Below are positions 41,194-52,669 of a DNA stretch of 64,000 nucleotides, piece after piece; position 1 is the first letter of the stretch, and each line of letters starts with the position of its first letter. The DNA comes from Candidatus Bathyarchaeota archaeon (GTDB lineage: Archaea > Thermoproteota > Bathyarchaeia > Bathyarchaeales > DTEX01). Under the pieces are notes generated by a model that worked only from the letters and a program-made list of their open reading frames with translations, was not told where the DNA came from and searched no databases. The stretch is from the NCBI GenBank assembly GCA_963714275.1, contig CAVQNT010000006.1:160001-224000 (forward strand). The letters are read 5' to 3'. The position numbers were made by a program, and so were the translations under genes.

Positions 41194-42751
41194 ATGGTGG
41201 GCGACCTTTTGAAAAACAGTGTCATAACAACCAACGAAATGCGTGCTTTGGAAGTGAACGCGGAATATTTCGGGGTCTCGAAGCTGCAGCTAATGGAAAA
41301 CGCTGGAAGAAACGTAGCCACAGAAATATCGTCTCGGTTTAAACCTAAAGAAACGAAGGTCGCAATCTTCTGCGGTTTAGGCGGAAATGGCGGAGATGGC
41401 TTCGTTGCAGCTCGACACCTTGCCTGCTTAGGCTTCAAAGTCGAAGTGTATCTGGCAGGAAAATCGGTCCAGATAGTTGATGTCAACGCCCAAAAAAATT
41501 GGGAAGCACTAACGCCCCTAAAAGAATCTGTTCCCTTGCATGAAATCTACGATTCTTCTCTTTTTACAGAGGTCAAGGCTGACGTTCTGGTCGACGCTCT
41601 TCTCGGGACAGGCTTAAAGGGACCTCCTAGACCACCAATCTCGAGCCTCATAAAACTGCTGAACGAAGCAAAGGGATTCCGTGTAGCTGTTGACATCCCA
41701 AGTGGGCTTGAGTCTGACTCCGGCAAAGTTTTGGGTGAAGCTGTAAAAGTGGACCTAACAATCACCTTTCATAAAGCAAAACTTGGACTATCTGAGGCTA
41801 AAAAGTACACTGGCGAGCTGGTAATTAGTGGAATAGGAATTCCTGAAGAGATTGAGAAATTCGCTGGTCCCGGCGACGTCATGGTAATCATGGAACCGAG
41901 ACCTTCAGAGTCTCATAAAGGGGATTTTGGTAGGCTTCTCGTGATTGGCGGAAGTGAGACATACTCAGGCGCCACAGTCTTCGTAGCGTTAGTCTGCTTT
42001 AAGAACAGGTATAGATTTGGCTTACATTGCTGCGCCACGTGAAACAGCTTATGCAATCTCTTCTATGTCGCCTGATCTCATTACGCTGAAGCTAGACGGG
42101 GACTACTTGAATACTGAAAATTTATCCGTTGTGAGGCGTGACCTTGAAAAGGCGACAGCTGTTGTCTTAGGTCCCGGTTTAGGGCTACACAAGGAAACTC
42201 AGGATGCGGTGAAAGAAATTTTGAAGGTTATCGAGGCGAAGAAGATACCTTTATTGTTGGACGCTGACGCCCTGAAAGCCTTCGCAGAATTCAGACATAG
42301 ACTGGAAACGCCGACTGTTTTGACACCTCACGCTGGCGAATACGAGATTCTTACAAAAACCAAGCTTCCCCAAAGCACACACGGAAGAATCGAGCTCGTC
42401 AAGCAAGCAGCCCAAGATCTTGACGCGGTTATTTTGTTGAAGTCGCATGTGGACATAATCACAGACGGGTATAGAGTGAATCTGAATTTCACGGGAAACC
42501 CAGGCATGACAGTTGGCGGAACAGGCGACGTGTTATCAGGCATTGTGGGAGCTTTTCTCGCCCGTGGCGTTGCGCCGTTCGAGGCTGCTGTAGCTGGAGC
42601 ATTCATTAATGGTGCAGCAGGCGATTTCGTGAAGGCGGAGAAAGGGCATCACATGGTTGCTTCGGACCTGCTTAGCTGGATACCTAAAGTTATGGACAAT
42701 CCTATGTGCCATTTGGAACTTAAGAAGGGCTGTGTTCCGAAAGACTTTTGA
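41194..42751 (+). CDS. nnr: Bifunctional NAD(P)H-hydrate epimerase/dehydratase, indels near 41975-42015
   Basis: LMENAG, GGNGGDG, DIPSG, HKGDFG, GPGLG, LTPHAGE, GGTGDVLSG. Confidence 0.93.
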
Positions 42752-42781
42752 GCGTCGATATTCTAGGTTTGCTTTCACCGT

Positions 42782-43585
42782 GTGGTTTCAATGCAGTTTG
42801 ACGTGGCTTTGCCGTCTGCAGTTTTTCTGATTATCGTAGCCTCTGTCCTTTTATACAGAAGGATCGAGAAATCGTTTTCACCATTGCTTGATGATAGGAA
42901 ATATTCTACCCGCGACGTACTTCTGATGGTTGTGGCGATGGGATTAATGGTCTCGGCGATTGCGTTCCTTCCCGGTCAGGCAATACAGATTGGGTTCATC
43001 GGGGCTTATTCGTACATGCTTTTTGTATTCGCATACATGACTTTGAAAAAGTGGTATCTTGCTTTAGTGGCGCCTATTGTTTTTTTGGTATCCTACTTTT
43101 GTTTCTGGCATCTTGCAGTGTACAACCTTTTCGTGGTTGTTTTTGCTGTGGTCATCACGATTCAAATGAGCAGCCTGTTCACGTGGAGATCAGTTGGAGC
43201 TTTTGCAGCCATTTTGACCATTATGGACATCTTTCACGTTTACGTAACGGGGTTCATGAAGCAAGCAGCAACCGAGATGATTGAACTAAAACTACCAGTT
43301 TTATTAATACTTCCCAGGGTTCCGTCTGGAAACCTGATCGGCTTAGGACTTGGAGACCTCTTTCTGGGGGGATTACTAGCTGTTCAGACAGCGAAAAAGC
43401 TTGGGCAAAAGGCAGGAATCCTCGTTGCCGCAATGAATGGCGTCGCCATGTTCATCTTTGAAATAATATCGTTAAACACAAACTTCGCTGAGTTCTTCCC
43501 TGCAACAATTATTGTCGTAGCTGCGTGGCTAGCAAGCTTAGGAGTCATCTGGCTAACAACTTTTAAGCGAAAACAACTTGCATAA
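42782..43585 (+). CDS. Presenilin/signal-peptide-peptidase-like GxGD intramembrane protease
   Basis: Multi-TM; IMDIF, LGLGDL and FPA motifs. Confidence 0.7.
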   Translation: MVSMQFDVALPSAVFLIIVASVLLYRRIEKSFSPLLDDRKYSTRDVLLMVVAMGLMVSAIAFLPGQAIQIGFIGAYSYMLFVFAYMTLKKWYLALVAPIVFLVSYFCFWHLAVYNLFVVVFAVVITIQMSSLFTWRSVGAFAAILTIMDIFHVYVTGFMKQAATEMIELKLPVLLILPRVPSGNLIGLGLGDLFLGGLLAVQTAKKLGQKAGILVAAMNGVAMFIFEIISLNTNFAEFFPATIIVVAAWLASLGVIWLTTFKRKQLA

Positions 43586-43619
43586 AAAAATTATTATTAA
43601 GGGTTGTTCAAAACTTAGC

Positions 43620-44831
43620 CTAGTTTTTATTATTTGCCTTTATGTATTGTTCGATTCTTTTGAGTCCTTCCTTAATGTTTCCCTCAGAAGTCGCATACGA
43701 GAATCTTATGTGTTCACCTTCGCCCTTGTTCCTGTGACCAAAGTGGATGTCCGACAACACGGCTACTCCCGCATTGTGGAGAAGGTTCTTTCTGAATTCC
43801 TCTGAATCCTTTACCCCAACAAGCTGGCAGGCTTTTGTCACGTTTGGCCAAGCGTAAAAGGCGCCGCCAGGCTTTAAGCACTTTACGCCTTCAATCCTGT
43901 TAAGCCCTTCGACTATGAGGTCACGTCTTTTTTTGAAGCTCAACATCATTTTTTTAGAATCATCCTGCGACCCACTTAAGGCTGCTAGGGCTGCGTACTG
44001 GTTCGGATGGGCAGCGCACGAATCCGTGTTTGTGACCCACTTTGCTAGGTGCGGGGCAAGCTTCTCGTTCGACGCGTAGCCGATTCTCCAACCTGTCATG
44101 GCGTATGCTTTCGACGCGCCGTCGACGATGACGGTTCTTTCCTGCATTCCAGGGATTGAGGCGATGCTTTCGAATTTGCTGTCGTGCACCATTCGGGAGT
44201 ATACCTCGTCCGAAAAGACCCAAAGGTTGTCGTATTGCTGAACAATGTCTGCGATGGCTTTCAATGTCTTCCTGTTTAAGACACCTCCCGTTGGGTTTTG
44301 GGGAGAGTTCAGGATGAGTAACCTTGTCTTTTTGTTGACTTTGCTTTTTAGATATTCTATGCTGAAGCTGTAGCCTTTGCTTTCGATGAGAGGAAGAGGA
44401 ACAGGCGTGGCGCCGTTTGCGACTATCTGAGACTCGTAAATCGGGAAGCCAGGATTAGGGTAAAGCACCTCATCGCCTTTCCCAAAATCGGTGACTGAAA
44501 GAACCGTGTATCCTATAAACGGTTTAGCGCCGTTCGACACAACAACCGATTCAGGTTTCACGCTGATTTTTCTTGTTTCAGACACGTATTTGGCGATGGC
44601 TTCTCTTAGTTCTGGAATTCCAGGTGAGGCGGTGTATCCGGTTTTTCCTTCTTTTATTGCTTTGATTGCAGCTTGCTTTATGTATTCAGGGGTGTCAAAG
44701 TCAGGTTGCCCTATGCAGAAGTTCACGACGTTTTTTCCTTGGCTTATTAGCTCGTTCACTTCTTTCAAGACTACGAAGGCATTTTCGGTGCCTAAGCTTT
44801 TGGTTCTTTCCGAAATTTCCAACATTTTCAC
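43620..44831 (-). CDS. PLP-dependent class I/II aminotransferase (aspartate aminotransferase-like)
   Basis: IGQPDF, NSPQNPTG, SDEVY, SKAYAMTGWRIG. Confidence 0.95.
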   Translation of the reverse strand: MKMLEISERTKSLGTENAFVVLKEVNELISQGKNVVNFCIGQPDFDTPEYIKQAAIKAIKEGKTGYTASPGIPELREAIAKYVSETRKISVKPESVVVSNGAKPFIGYTVLSVTDFGKGDEVLYPNPGFPIYESQIVANGATPVPLPLIESKGYSFSIEYLKSKVNKKTRLLILNSPQNPTGGVLNRKTLKAIADIVQQYDNLWVFSDEVYSRMVHDSKFESIASIPGMQERTVIVDGASKAYAMTGWRIGYASNEKLAPHLAKWVTNTDSCAAHPNQYAALAALSGSQDDSKKMMLSFKKRRDLIVEGLNRIEGVKCLKPGGAFYAWPNVTKACQLVGVKDSEEFRKNLLHNAGVAVLSDIHFGHRNKGEGEHIRFSYATSEGNIKEGLKRIEQYIKANNKN

Positions 44832-44977
44832 TCACCTATTCTGAAATTATGCTTCAGCTTAAACTCCTGATTGTGCCGCAATAAATTTGCGCACGTAATT
44901 CAAAAACCTTTCGCTTAGATTCATAAATGAATTTATGCAGAAAACTCGTAGAAGCAGATTAAGTAAGGAAAATAGTT

Positions 44978-46210
44978 TTACGAGCCTGCAAGTGTTTCTG
45001 GTGTAGCTGGATTTCCTGGTCCGAAATGTTTTAGAACAACGAGGTTTTCGGTGTTGCTTTTGTTAACGACTTCGACTCCGTCTTTTGCTGCTTCCACTGT
45101 GACGAAAAGTTCGTCCTCGGTGAGTTCGCCGTACATTACCATCGTTGGGCATTCAACGTCGAACATGCCTATTGTTCCGTGTCCTTGAATGACGATTAAT
45201 CCGTAAGCTGCCTCGTCCCTTATCTTCACTGTTGACTTGGGAAGAACTGTCAGTTTCTTGGCGCTGAACTCATCGGTTCCATACGCAATCCACTTATGCG
45301 TGTATCCCTCTTTTCTGGTTTCTTCAGGTTTCCCGATGAACTTTGGTTCCGCGTAATGGTGTCTCTTAAATTCTGGGTCGACGTTCACTTCCCAGTCTAT
45401 CATGCCGACAATATAGTCCAAGTCGTCGCGGTGTTCGGGTGGGACATTCTTTAACAAAAGGTCTTTTGAAACTGGTCTATCCTCAAGTGTTGACTGGTAC
45501 ATTGAAGCAACGTCTGAGGCTTTCTGCACCTCATAAGTGACGTATGTGCCCGGCGCGTGAAGAATGCCTGCTTGTATCAACCAGCCTGTTTCGGGCATGA
45601 GTTTATAGGCTTTGGAGTAAGCAAGAATTCCGTTGTCTCCTCGGTCCCATTTTTGAATACATTTCTTAATGTCATCTTTTGTTGTTTCAGGATTTAACCC
45701 CAAGAAAGTATACGGGAACCTTCCTTCAATGACATTAAGCTGAGCCGGGAAATAGTAGGCTTCGGGTTTTGAGACTTGACCGACCAAACGTGCGTGTTCT
45801 TCTCTTTGATGTATGTGAAAAGGAATTGGACCTGCATTGTCGAAGAACTTTGTCAGAACAGTCCAACCGCCATACTTATGCATCACGTTTTTGCCAAGTA
45901 TTGTTTCTCCGAGCTCGGTTACAGTTTCTTTCAGCAATATTTTTTCGGTCTTGGTGCCGTCCTTTGCGATAATGTAGCTTAAGCCTTCATAGTCGGGCGC
46001 TCCGGGATTGTCAGCTTTGACTGTGGAAGCAAGCCACCTTTCGTCAATGCCTCCCCTTTGAACACCGAGGGCGTAAAGGTCTTCGAGAGCTAACTTGAGT
46101 CTTCCTCCAGGAGTCAAAAATACCCTAGGCACCCACGTTGGAGCTAATCTGACTATTCCATCCCCGTCTTCAAAAGCCTTAACGGCAAGGTTAATTTTCA
46201 CCTTTTTCAC
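44978..46210 (-). CDS. Mannose-6-phosphate isomerase type I-like cupin protein
   Basis: KFFD..PFHIHQ..KPEAYYF..GILHAPG..YEVQKASD. Confidence 0.7.
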   Translation of the reverse strand: MKKVKINLAVKAFEDGDGIVRLAPTWVPRVFLTPGGRLKLALEDLYALGVQRGGIDERWLASTVKADNPGAPDYEGLSYIIAKDGTKTEKILLKETVTELGETILGKNVMHKYGGWTVLTKFFDNAGPIPFHIHQREEHARLVGQVSKPEAYYFPAQLNVIEGRFPYTFLGLNPETTKDDIKKCIQKWDRGDNGILAYSKAYKLMPETGWLIQAGILHAPGTYVTYEVQKASDVASMYQSTLEDRPVSKDLLLKNVPPEHRDDLDYIVGMIDWEVNVDPEFKRHHYAEPKFIGKPEETRKEGYTHKWIAYGTDEFSAKKLTVLPKSTVKIRDEAAYGLIVIQGHGTIGMFDVECPTMVMYGELTEDELFVTVEAAKDGVEVVNKSNTENLVVLKHFGPGNPATPETLAGS

Positions 46211-46336
46211 CGTGACCCATAGAAAAGGCTGAATTATTATAAAAACTTATTTCCGTTTCAGGCGAAAACGAATTTGTTCCGTCAATTGTTATTTTCCAGT
46301 AACGGATAAAAGAGTCTAAATCCCAATGAAGCTGAA

Positions 46337-47356
46337 GTGAACCTTTTAATGGTGGAAATTAAACATAAACGAAAGCCAAAGGCTTTAGTTCTGCTTTCAG
46401 GCGGCTTGGACAGTATGCTTGCTACAAGGCTCATGCTGGATCAGGCGGTTGAAGTCGAAGCAGTGCATTTCAGGACTCCCTTCTCTGGGCAAAACGAACC
46501 ATTCGTTGAAAGTTTCTGTAAAGAATCTGGCATCAAGCTTCACAAAATCATGCTGGATGACGAATTTCTCGAAATCGTCGTGGCGCCAAAGCATGGGTAC
46601 GGAAGCCAGATGAACCCCTGCATCGACTGCAGGATACTCGAACTAAAGAAAGCCAAAGAACTAGCTGAAAAAGTTAGGGCAGACTTTCTCGTAACCGGAG
46701 AAATCTTGGGCGAAAGACCTTTCTCGCAAAGAAAAGACATGATGCTGCACATCGAAAGAGAAGCTGATTTAGAAGGGAAGGTACTAAGGCCATTGTCAGT
46801 AAGCTTTTACCTGAAACTGAACCAGAGAAAAATGGTTATGTGAACAGTGAAAAACTTCATGCGATTAAAGGAAGAAGAAGAACACCTCAAATGACGCTGG
46901 CTAAGGAACTGGGAATAGTTGAGTACCCGAATCCAGCGGGGGGCTGTCTTCTCACGGAACCAAGGTTCGCTGACCGCTTAAGAGAACATCTTGAACACGA
47001 AAAAAGGCTGACAGCAATGGACACTGAGACTTCTGAGGATTGGTCGGCACTTCAGAATAAGCAATACAAAAGTCATCGTTGGACGAAACGAGGAAGAAAA
47101 TAAAAAACTTTTGTTAGCTGCAAAAAGAGACAACGACCTTTCAACTTTGGAGGTTAAGGACTACATGGGACCTGTAACGGTCCTAGTCGGAGAAGCCAGC
47201 ACTGAAACAATAGAGAAAGCTTCAGCGATTACTGTTCGTTACTCGGACGCGCCAAAAGACGCTTCTATAACTTTAGGATATAATGGTGTGAACGGAAAAA
47301 AGAACATAGAAACTGAAGTTATGTCAGATAGCGAACTAAGGCAATTCAGTGTCTAG
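46337..47356 (+). CDS. ThiI/MnmA-like PP-loop tRNA-modifying enzyme, indels
   Basis: LSGGLDS, NPCIDCR, TGEILGERPFSQ, PAGGCLLT. Confidence 0.85.
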
Positions 47357-47944
47357 CACGGTGGAATTTTTGAAAACGAAGACTGGGCTTGTAGATTACC
47401 ACGTTCACTCAACCTTTTCGTATGACGGCAGATCTTCGATTAACGATTTATGTAAAAGAGCGGCTGAATTAAAATTCCGCGAGATTGGTTTTTCGGAGCA
47501 TGTGGACTTTGACCCTTCTGATGGAGGATTCGGTTTTTTCAATAACAACAAATACGAATCTGCTGTAAAGGAGGCCCAGCAGCTTTTCAAAGACAAACTG
47601 GTGATACGAAGAGGAGTGGAGATAGACTACCAGACCCGTTTCGAGGAACAAATCCTTCGAATTCAGAATATCAGATGAAATTGGATTCAATACTGGAAGA
47701 GGTTAGAGACAGAAAAATCTTTCTTGAAATAAACACGAAGCCTTCCGATCATAGACGTGGTTTTCATGAGACTTTACCAAGTAAAAAGGCAATTAGAAGA
47801 TACCTTAGCTATAATGGGAAACGCTTCTCCATAGGGTCAGACGCTCATATTAAGCATGAGCTAGGCAGCGGAATCAGAGAGGCGTTTGATTTTCTGGCGA
47901 GAAACAGCCAAAAAGATATTGTTTTACTTTTTCAAAAAGAATAA
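47349..47944 (+). pseudogene. PHP-family histidinol-phosphatase-like gene with an internal deletion
   Basis: DYHVHS, FSEH, GVEID and LEINT, IGSDAH present; central GSVH/GH region missing. Confidence 0.7.
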
Positions 47945-47997
47945 GTCAGTCACTTAAACTACAATTGAACCCATTAAACGAACTGTTGCAGAGAAAT

Positions 47998-48123
47998 CTA
48001 TTTTCGAACGTATTCACGGAACTTCTTGCCACAGTGCTCATAGAGCTTAACGTGGACTTTTGGGCTTAGATCCCATTCTTTAATGGGTTTCTTGATATCC
48101 ACTCCACAGTCTGGACATTTCAT
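47998..48123 (-). CDS. 41 aa Cren7-like/zinc-ribbon micro-protein, not in ORF track
   Basis: MKCPDCGVDIKKPIKEWDLSPKVHVKLYEHCGKKFREYVRK. Confidence 0.65.
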   Translation of the reverse strand: MKCPDCGVDIKKPIKEWDLSPKVHVKLYEHCGKKFREYVRK

Positions 48124-48358
48124 TCTATTCAATTCTCCATTGCCTCAATATATTGCATGGTCTTCTTATATCTTTCCATACCAGAATCTTGATATGAATA
48201 CTGTCATTGTTACATGGTAAAAGCAAGTTACAGCTTACGTCATTAATACCAAATGAGTATGCAGACCATAAAATATACGAAAAATTTACGTTAGCCTTTT
48301 CTGGGATTCTTTTAAAAATATGTATCATTTGATTGTCGGTTTCTTCAGGATTTATCTG

Positions 48359-48822
48359 GTCTGATTTGTGTGAAATTCGAGTTTTTCATTTGTGTGACAA
48401 TGTTAGAGTTCATAAAAAAAACTGTTTGTGGCATGTTTGGTCATTTTTTTATGTTGGTTTCTGGACTGTACAGAAATATTTCTAAAAAAACTGGACGAAT
48501 CGTTGAGAAACAATTGATTCTATCTAAGAATGGTAATACATGATTTAAAAGCGAAAAATGTTTGATTGTTCGACATAATTGTCGGATATACTAAAAAGGG
48601 GCGAGAAGAAACATCCTCTTAAGTTTTCATTTTTTTACAGTTTCGTTGGGCTTTCTCGGAAAGAGATAAGCTACTGTTTCTTAATTATCGGTTAGGGTCT
48701 GAACAAAACTTTGATGGCTAACTAGCTTTTGTCTGGTCCTTCGTAGACTATTGCTTTCATATGTTATCAATCCGTAACAAAGTTTTCATAAATGGTGCTA
48801 CCGAATTACACATAAATCATAT
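48359..48822. mobile_element. MITE-like element bounded by imperfect 21-bp inverted repeats (repeat copy B at the left end)
   Basis: Left GTCTGATTTGTGTGAAATTCG; right CGAATTACACATAAATCATAT, 17/21 to the reverse complement. Confidence 0.5.
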
Positions 48823-48838
48823 CACAAAGGCATTTCTA

Positions 48839-49652
48839 TCAAAGAATTGACTTTATGTATCTAATGCCTTCCTTGACCCACTTATCTTCCTCTGCAATTG
48901 TTTCCTGTACAGTTTCTTTTCTGCCCATGAACTGCTCTAAGAGAATATCTGGTTCTCGACCTGCATGCCTTAAGGTATTGAGTACAGCCTTTGTGTTAAG
49001 CATTCCTGTTCCTAACGGTACGCCGAAGATTGTGAATCCACTCACTTCCTTGCGTTGTATTCGATAGTCCTTTAGATGAAGACACATTGCATAGGGCGCA
49101 AGAATCTTGACGGTTTCAAGCGGCTTTTCCAAAAGCCCTGTAGAGTTTACAACATCGACGCAGGCTCCGAAAAAGGGGCTGTCGACCTTCGCGAAAATCT
49201 CTGCAAGTTCTTGACTAGCATAAAGCCAGAGGCTGCTGTTTTCGACAGCCAACATTAGATCTTCCATTTGAAGAACGGGCAGAAAATCGCGTATTCTCTG
49301 AACTATCCTTGAAACAGGCTCTTTTTCCGTTGGGTAAACTCGTACCAAGGGGGCATGCGTCAGTTTGGCCATTTTCACGTATTTTTTTAGAACATGCATG
49401 TCCATACCTGTAGCACCCAGTTCCAACTTTATATCAAGATCGTCCGCGGTCTTACCAATCTTTTTAAGTTCTTTGTCTGCCAAGTTGAGGTCGACGTTCT
49501 CGCATATTTGAACCACCTCTAATCCGAGCTCTGCAACCTTTTGTACAAGTTCAAATGGTTTCATTGGTTTCTCAATCGTCATAGAGTCCCCGAATCTTTT
49601 GTCTCCCCCAACAGCCCACCGGTAAGTGTAGACTCGTTATGCCAAGCTTCAT
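48839..49652 (-). CDS. Sugar phosphate isomerase/epimerase family; 5' end frameshifted
   Basis: MKLGITS start, AVEN, CVDVVN, LHLKD, PLGTG, LEQ. Confidence 0.85.
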
Positions 49653-49768
49653 TTTTTTCACCATTATGTCACTGCATTAATTTGATGTTGTTTTTTTATT
49701 ATAAAATGGGTTCTATACCCAATCTTCTATGATCGTTTATTAATACGACGCTGAGGGCTAGCTCACTA

Positions 49769-50514
49769 TTAGATGGGTAAGTTGAAAAATTTAGCAGACT
49801 GTTTTTCCTAGGCACCATTCTCACTCTTCCTCAGCGAGACCCATTGTCCTATATTTCACCAATTCTGTCGCAACGTTTTCGCCACTGTCAGAACCGAACA
49901 TGACACGGTCTGCCCCAATGGTCTTGCAGTAATTGTAGATGCTGATGTTTGGCAACCAGCTTGTCTCCAAGTAAACATTGGGGCATAGCTGAGCTGCTAA
50001 AGATGCTTCATTCGAAAAAATCGAGCCTGCCACAATGTGCCAGAACAATCTTCAGGTTCCGAAACTCTTGAGCTATCGGAATTATGGCTGAGGGAAGCGC
50101 CCATGGGACTCCGGCTCCCGTGTGGACCATAACGGTGATTCCCAAATCCGATGCAGCTTGAAACACTTTTCGTCCCACTGATAGGTTGGGGTTGACTGCG
50201 TGAGCTAGTGGATGAAGTTTGACGGCTACGAAGCCCATGTTGTGGACGCATCTTTCCAGTTCTCTGCGGTATTCTTCCGTAGGAAGATGGGGGCTTGGGT
50301 TCGCCATTCCGAATATTCGGTTTGGCATTTTTTTCGAAAGGTCGGCAATGGTATCGTGTTGTTCCTTAACAGTTTTCAGGTTAAACGTCGTTCCTGGCTG
50401 AACTATGCTTGCGTCGATCTTGCCTGTTTCCATGCCTTTTAAAAGCCTTTCCAACGTGAAGTCTTCTTCGAAAACAGTGTCTTGCCCCAAATGCGTGTGA
50501 GCATCAACGATCAT
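49769..50514 (-). CDS. Amidohydrolase family protein, indels
   Basis: IVDAHTH, VKLHP, VHTG, LAH, LETS, MFGSD. Confidence 0.88.
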
Positions 50515-50661
50515 TGAATATCTCCAATTAATTCTAGTATAGTGACTAATATTATTGTCAAAGAATTTATACGTTAAGTCAATTAATACTCGGTATTTTT
50601 TGTCTATTATTTAAAACATGATTTGTATAATTTAAAAACATGAACCTTATCTGTAGAAGGT

Positions 50662-51075
50662 GTGAGGTGCAACAAGTTGCCATATGTTCCCCCAGAAGAC
50701 GCAAACAACAAACTCGTTGACACAATAAAGGAAATTAAAGCCCGTAAGGGTTTGCCGCCTTGGAGAGAAAAAGTTATCGCCACGCCCCGTGTGAGGATAC
50801 TCGTTCACTGCTGGCCAATAGATTTTGGTCACCCGAAACATTACCATCCGAGGGCTGATGAAATCTGGTACGTTTGCGAAGGGCAACTTAAAGTTTCATT
50901 TAACAGTGGCAAACCGATTGTCGCTGGTCCAGGAAGTATCCTCTTTGCGGAAAAAGGCACTGCGCATGACATGGAATCTGTAGGTAAAGTTCCTCTTATG
51001 ATGCTTTGCTTTGTCACGCCCAATGAAGCCGACGACGAAATATCGTTTTCAGACAAAAAAATGGAATTCCCTTGA
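50662..51075 (+). CDS. Cupin domain protein
   Basis: HYHPRADEIWYVCEG...GTAH. Confidence 0.85.
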   Translation: MRCNKLPYVPPEDANNKLVDTIKEIKARKGLPPWREKVIATPRVRILVHCWPIDFGHPKHYHPRADEIWYVCEGQLKVSFNSGKPIVAGPGSILFAEKGTAHDMESVGKVPLMMLCFVTPNEADDEISFSDKKMEFP

Positions 51076-51122
51076 TAGTCAAAAAAATGATGATTGAAAT
51101 TTTTTCATGAAAACGACGTGTA

Positions 51123-51801
51123 TTAATGGGTCTTGTCTTGTAGTTCCGCGTCTTCGACAAACAGATATCCGGAGCTGCCTTCCCACACTATTCGGGCTTT
51201 ACGTATCTGAATCTTCTTTCTAAAAAAAGGCGCATCCAAAACAAGGGTTTCGTATTCTCCTCCTTCTCCGACAATCGATGTTTGAAATTTCGTGTTTAAC
51301 TCAACGAGATCATTCAGTGTTTCTCGGTCTATAGTTCTCCCGAGCCATTTCTGGTCTAAACCATGCGCATAAACGCCGATTATTATCGCATGAAATTTTA
51401 GGCTGATGAATTCGTTCAGCAATTTTACGGGGTCTTCATACCAAAGCGGAGTTATGGACTTGAGTCCCAGTTTCCTGCAGATTTCGTCTACTCTCGTTTT
51501 TTGGTATTGCGACGAGATTGCGCCTGAAACGACGCCGTCAACGTCAATCGTTCTTAGGAGATTTTCCAGGTCGCTGAGTTCTTCTTCTTTTTCGCCTTTC
51601 GTCTCAGCTTTTACGAGCGGTAAATCGGATGCCTCGGCGAAAAGTTCAGTTAGCCTAATGTTCGGGTAGTGGAACATCCAGCTGTCGGGTCGCTGAGGAA
51701 TCATCGTCACCAAACATTTCACGTCATATCCTGACTGTAGAGTCTCGGTAAAGCGCAAGTGCGGAATCTTTTCCTCCGCTGACTAAGGCAGCAACCTTCA
51801 T
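51123..51801 (-). CDS. dph6: Diphthine--ammonia ligase (TIGR00289 family), indel near 51745
   Basis: SGGKDS, SWMFH, GAISSQYQ, GEGGEYETLVLDAP. Confidence 0.88.
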
Positions 51802-51946
51802 CGCGCATCATTCTCAAAAGAAATTAAGGGCAAGGTTCTCATTAAGGTTCTCAGTTCATCCATGCGAATTCAAACTTTTAAGCTAGTCTGATTTATTCAA
51901 CATCTGAAAAGGTATTTTGAACAACAAATAGTGTCTTCTAGAGGCT

Positions 51947-51987
51947 GTCTGATTTGTGTAACATTCGAGTTTAATTTGCATGACAAT
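51947..51987. repeat. Dispersed intergenic repeat, partial copy C (plus a stub CTAGTCTGATTT at 51883)
   Basis: GTCTGATTTGTGTAACATTCGAGTTT...TTTGCATGACAAT aligns with copies A and B. Confidence 0.65.
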
Positions 51988-52102
51988 AACCATAATAGTA
52001 GAGAATTCAATGACGAAAAACGACGTAATTCTTAAGACAAGAGAGACTTTCTTACATGATAAGCCTGCAGTGTTCCTGCATTACAACGGTGGTGAAACAG
52101 AC

Positions 52103-52588
52103 TTGACTCTTAAAACCGAGATTGCCCGTTGGGTTCAGGGTTGCGAGAGACTGGCAATCATGGGAATTGGGAACCCGTTGCGGGGAGATGATGGTGTAGG
52201 TGTCGAAATAGTAAATCAGCTCACTAACAAGGTTCCCGAGTGTGTAAAGCTTATTAATTGTGAAATGGTTCCAGAGAATTTTCTATCGGAGATTGAGGCA
52301 TATCAGCCCACGCACATGCTGATAATTGATGCAGCTGAACTGAAAGCCAAATCTGGAGAAACAAGACTTATTCTGCCAGAAAAAATGGTTGGGACCGCGT
52401 TTTCTACCCATATTATTCCGTTGTTGTTTCTAGCTGGTATAATCAATGAGGTCGTAAAATCGAAAATATTAGTCTTGGGAATCCAGCCATATAGCACAGG
52501 GTTTGGGGAGGAACTGTCTCCAGAGCTCCAGATGGCGACTAAAAAAATTGTTGAAGGGATTTCTAAAGCCTTAATGGAGATTAAGTGA
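52103..52588 (+). CDS. hycI: Hydrogenase maturation endopeptidase (HycI type)
   Basis: GIGNPLRGDDGVG, PEN, IDAA, STH, GIQP; TTG start after GGTGA. Confidence 0.88.
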   Translation: MTLKTEIARWVQGCERLAIMGIGNPLRGDDGVGVEIVNQLTNKVPECVKLINCEMVPENFLSEIEAYQPTHMLIIDAAELKAKSGETRLILPEKMVGTAFSTHIIPLLFLAGIINEVVKSKILVLGIQPYSTGFGEELSPELQMATKKIVEGISKALMEIK

Positions 52589-52669
52589 GTGTCCTCATTT
52601 TATTGTTCTCTTGAGAAGTTAAGAATAAATCGGAATCCATAGACTCTTTAGAGAAAGAGATGTCTTACT

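Noticed and set aside
51980-52102. N-terminal extension of HycI
   Set aside because: Starts inside repeat copy C; a TTG with GGTGA SD at 52103 gives a normal-length protein.
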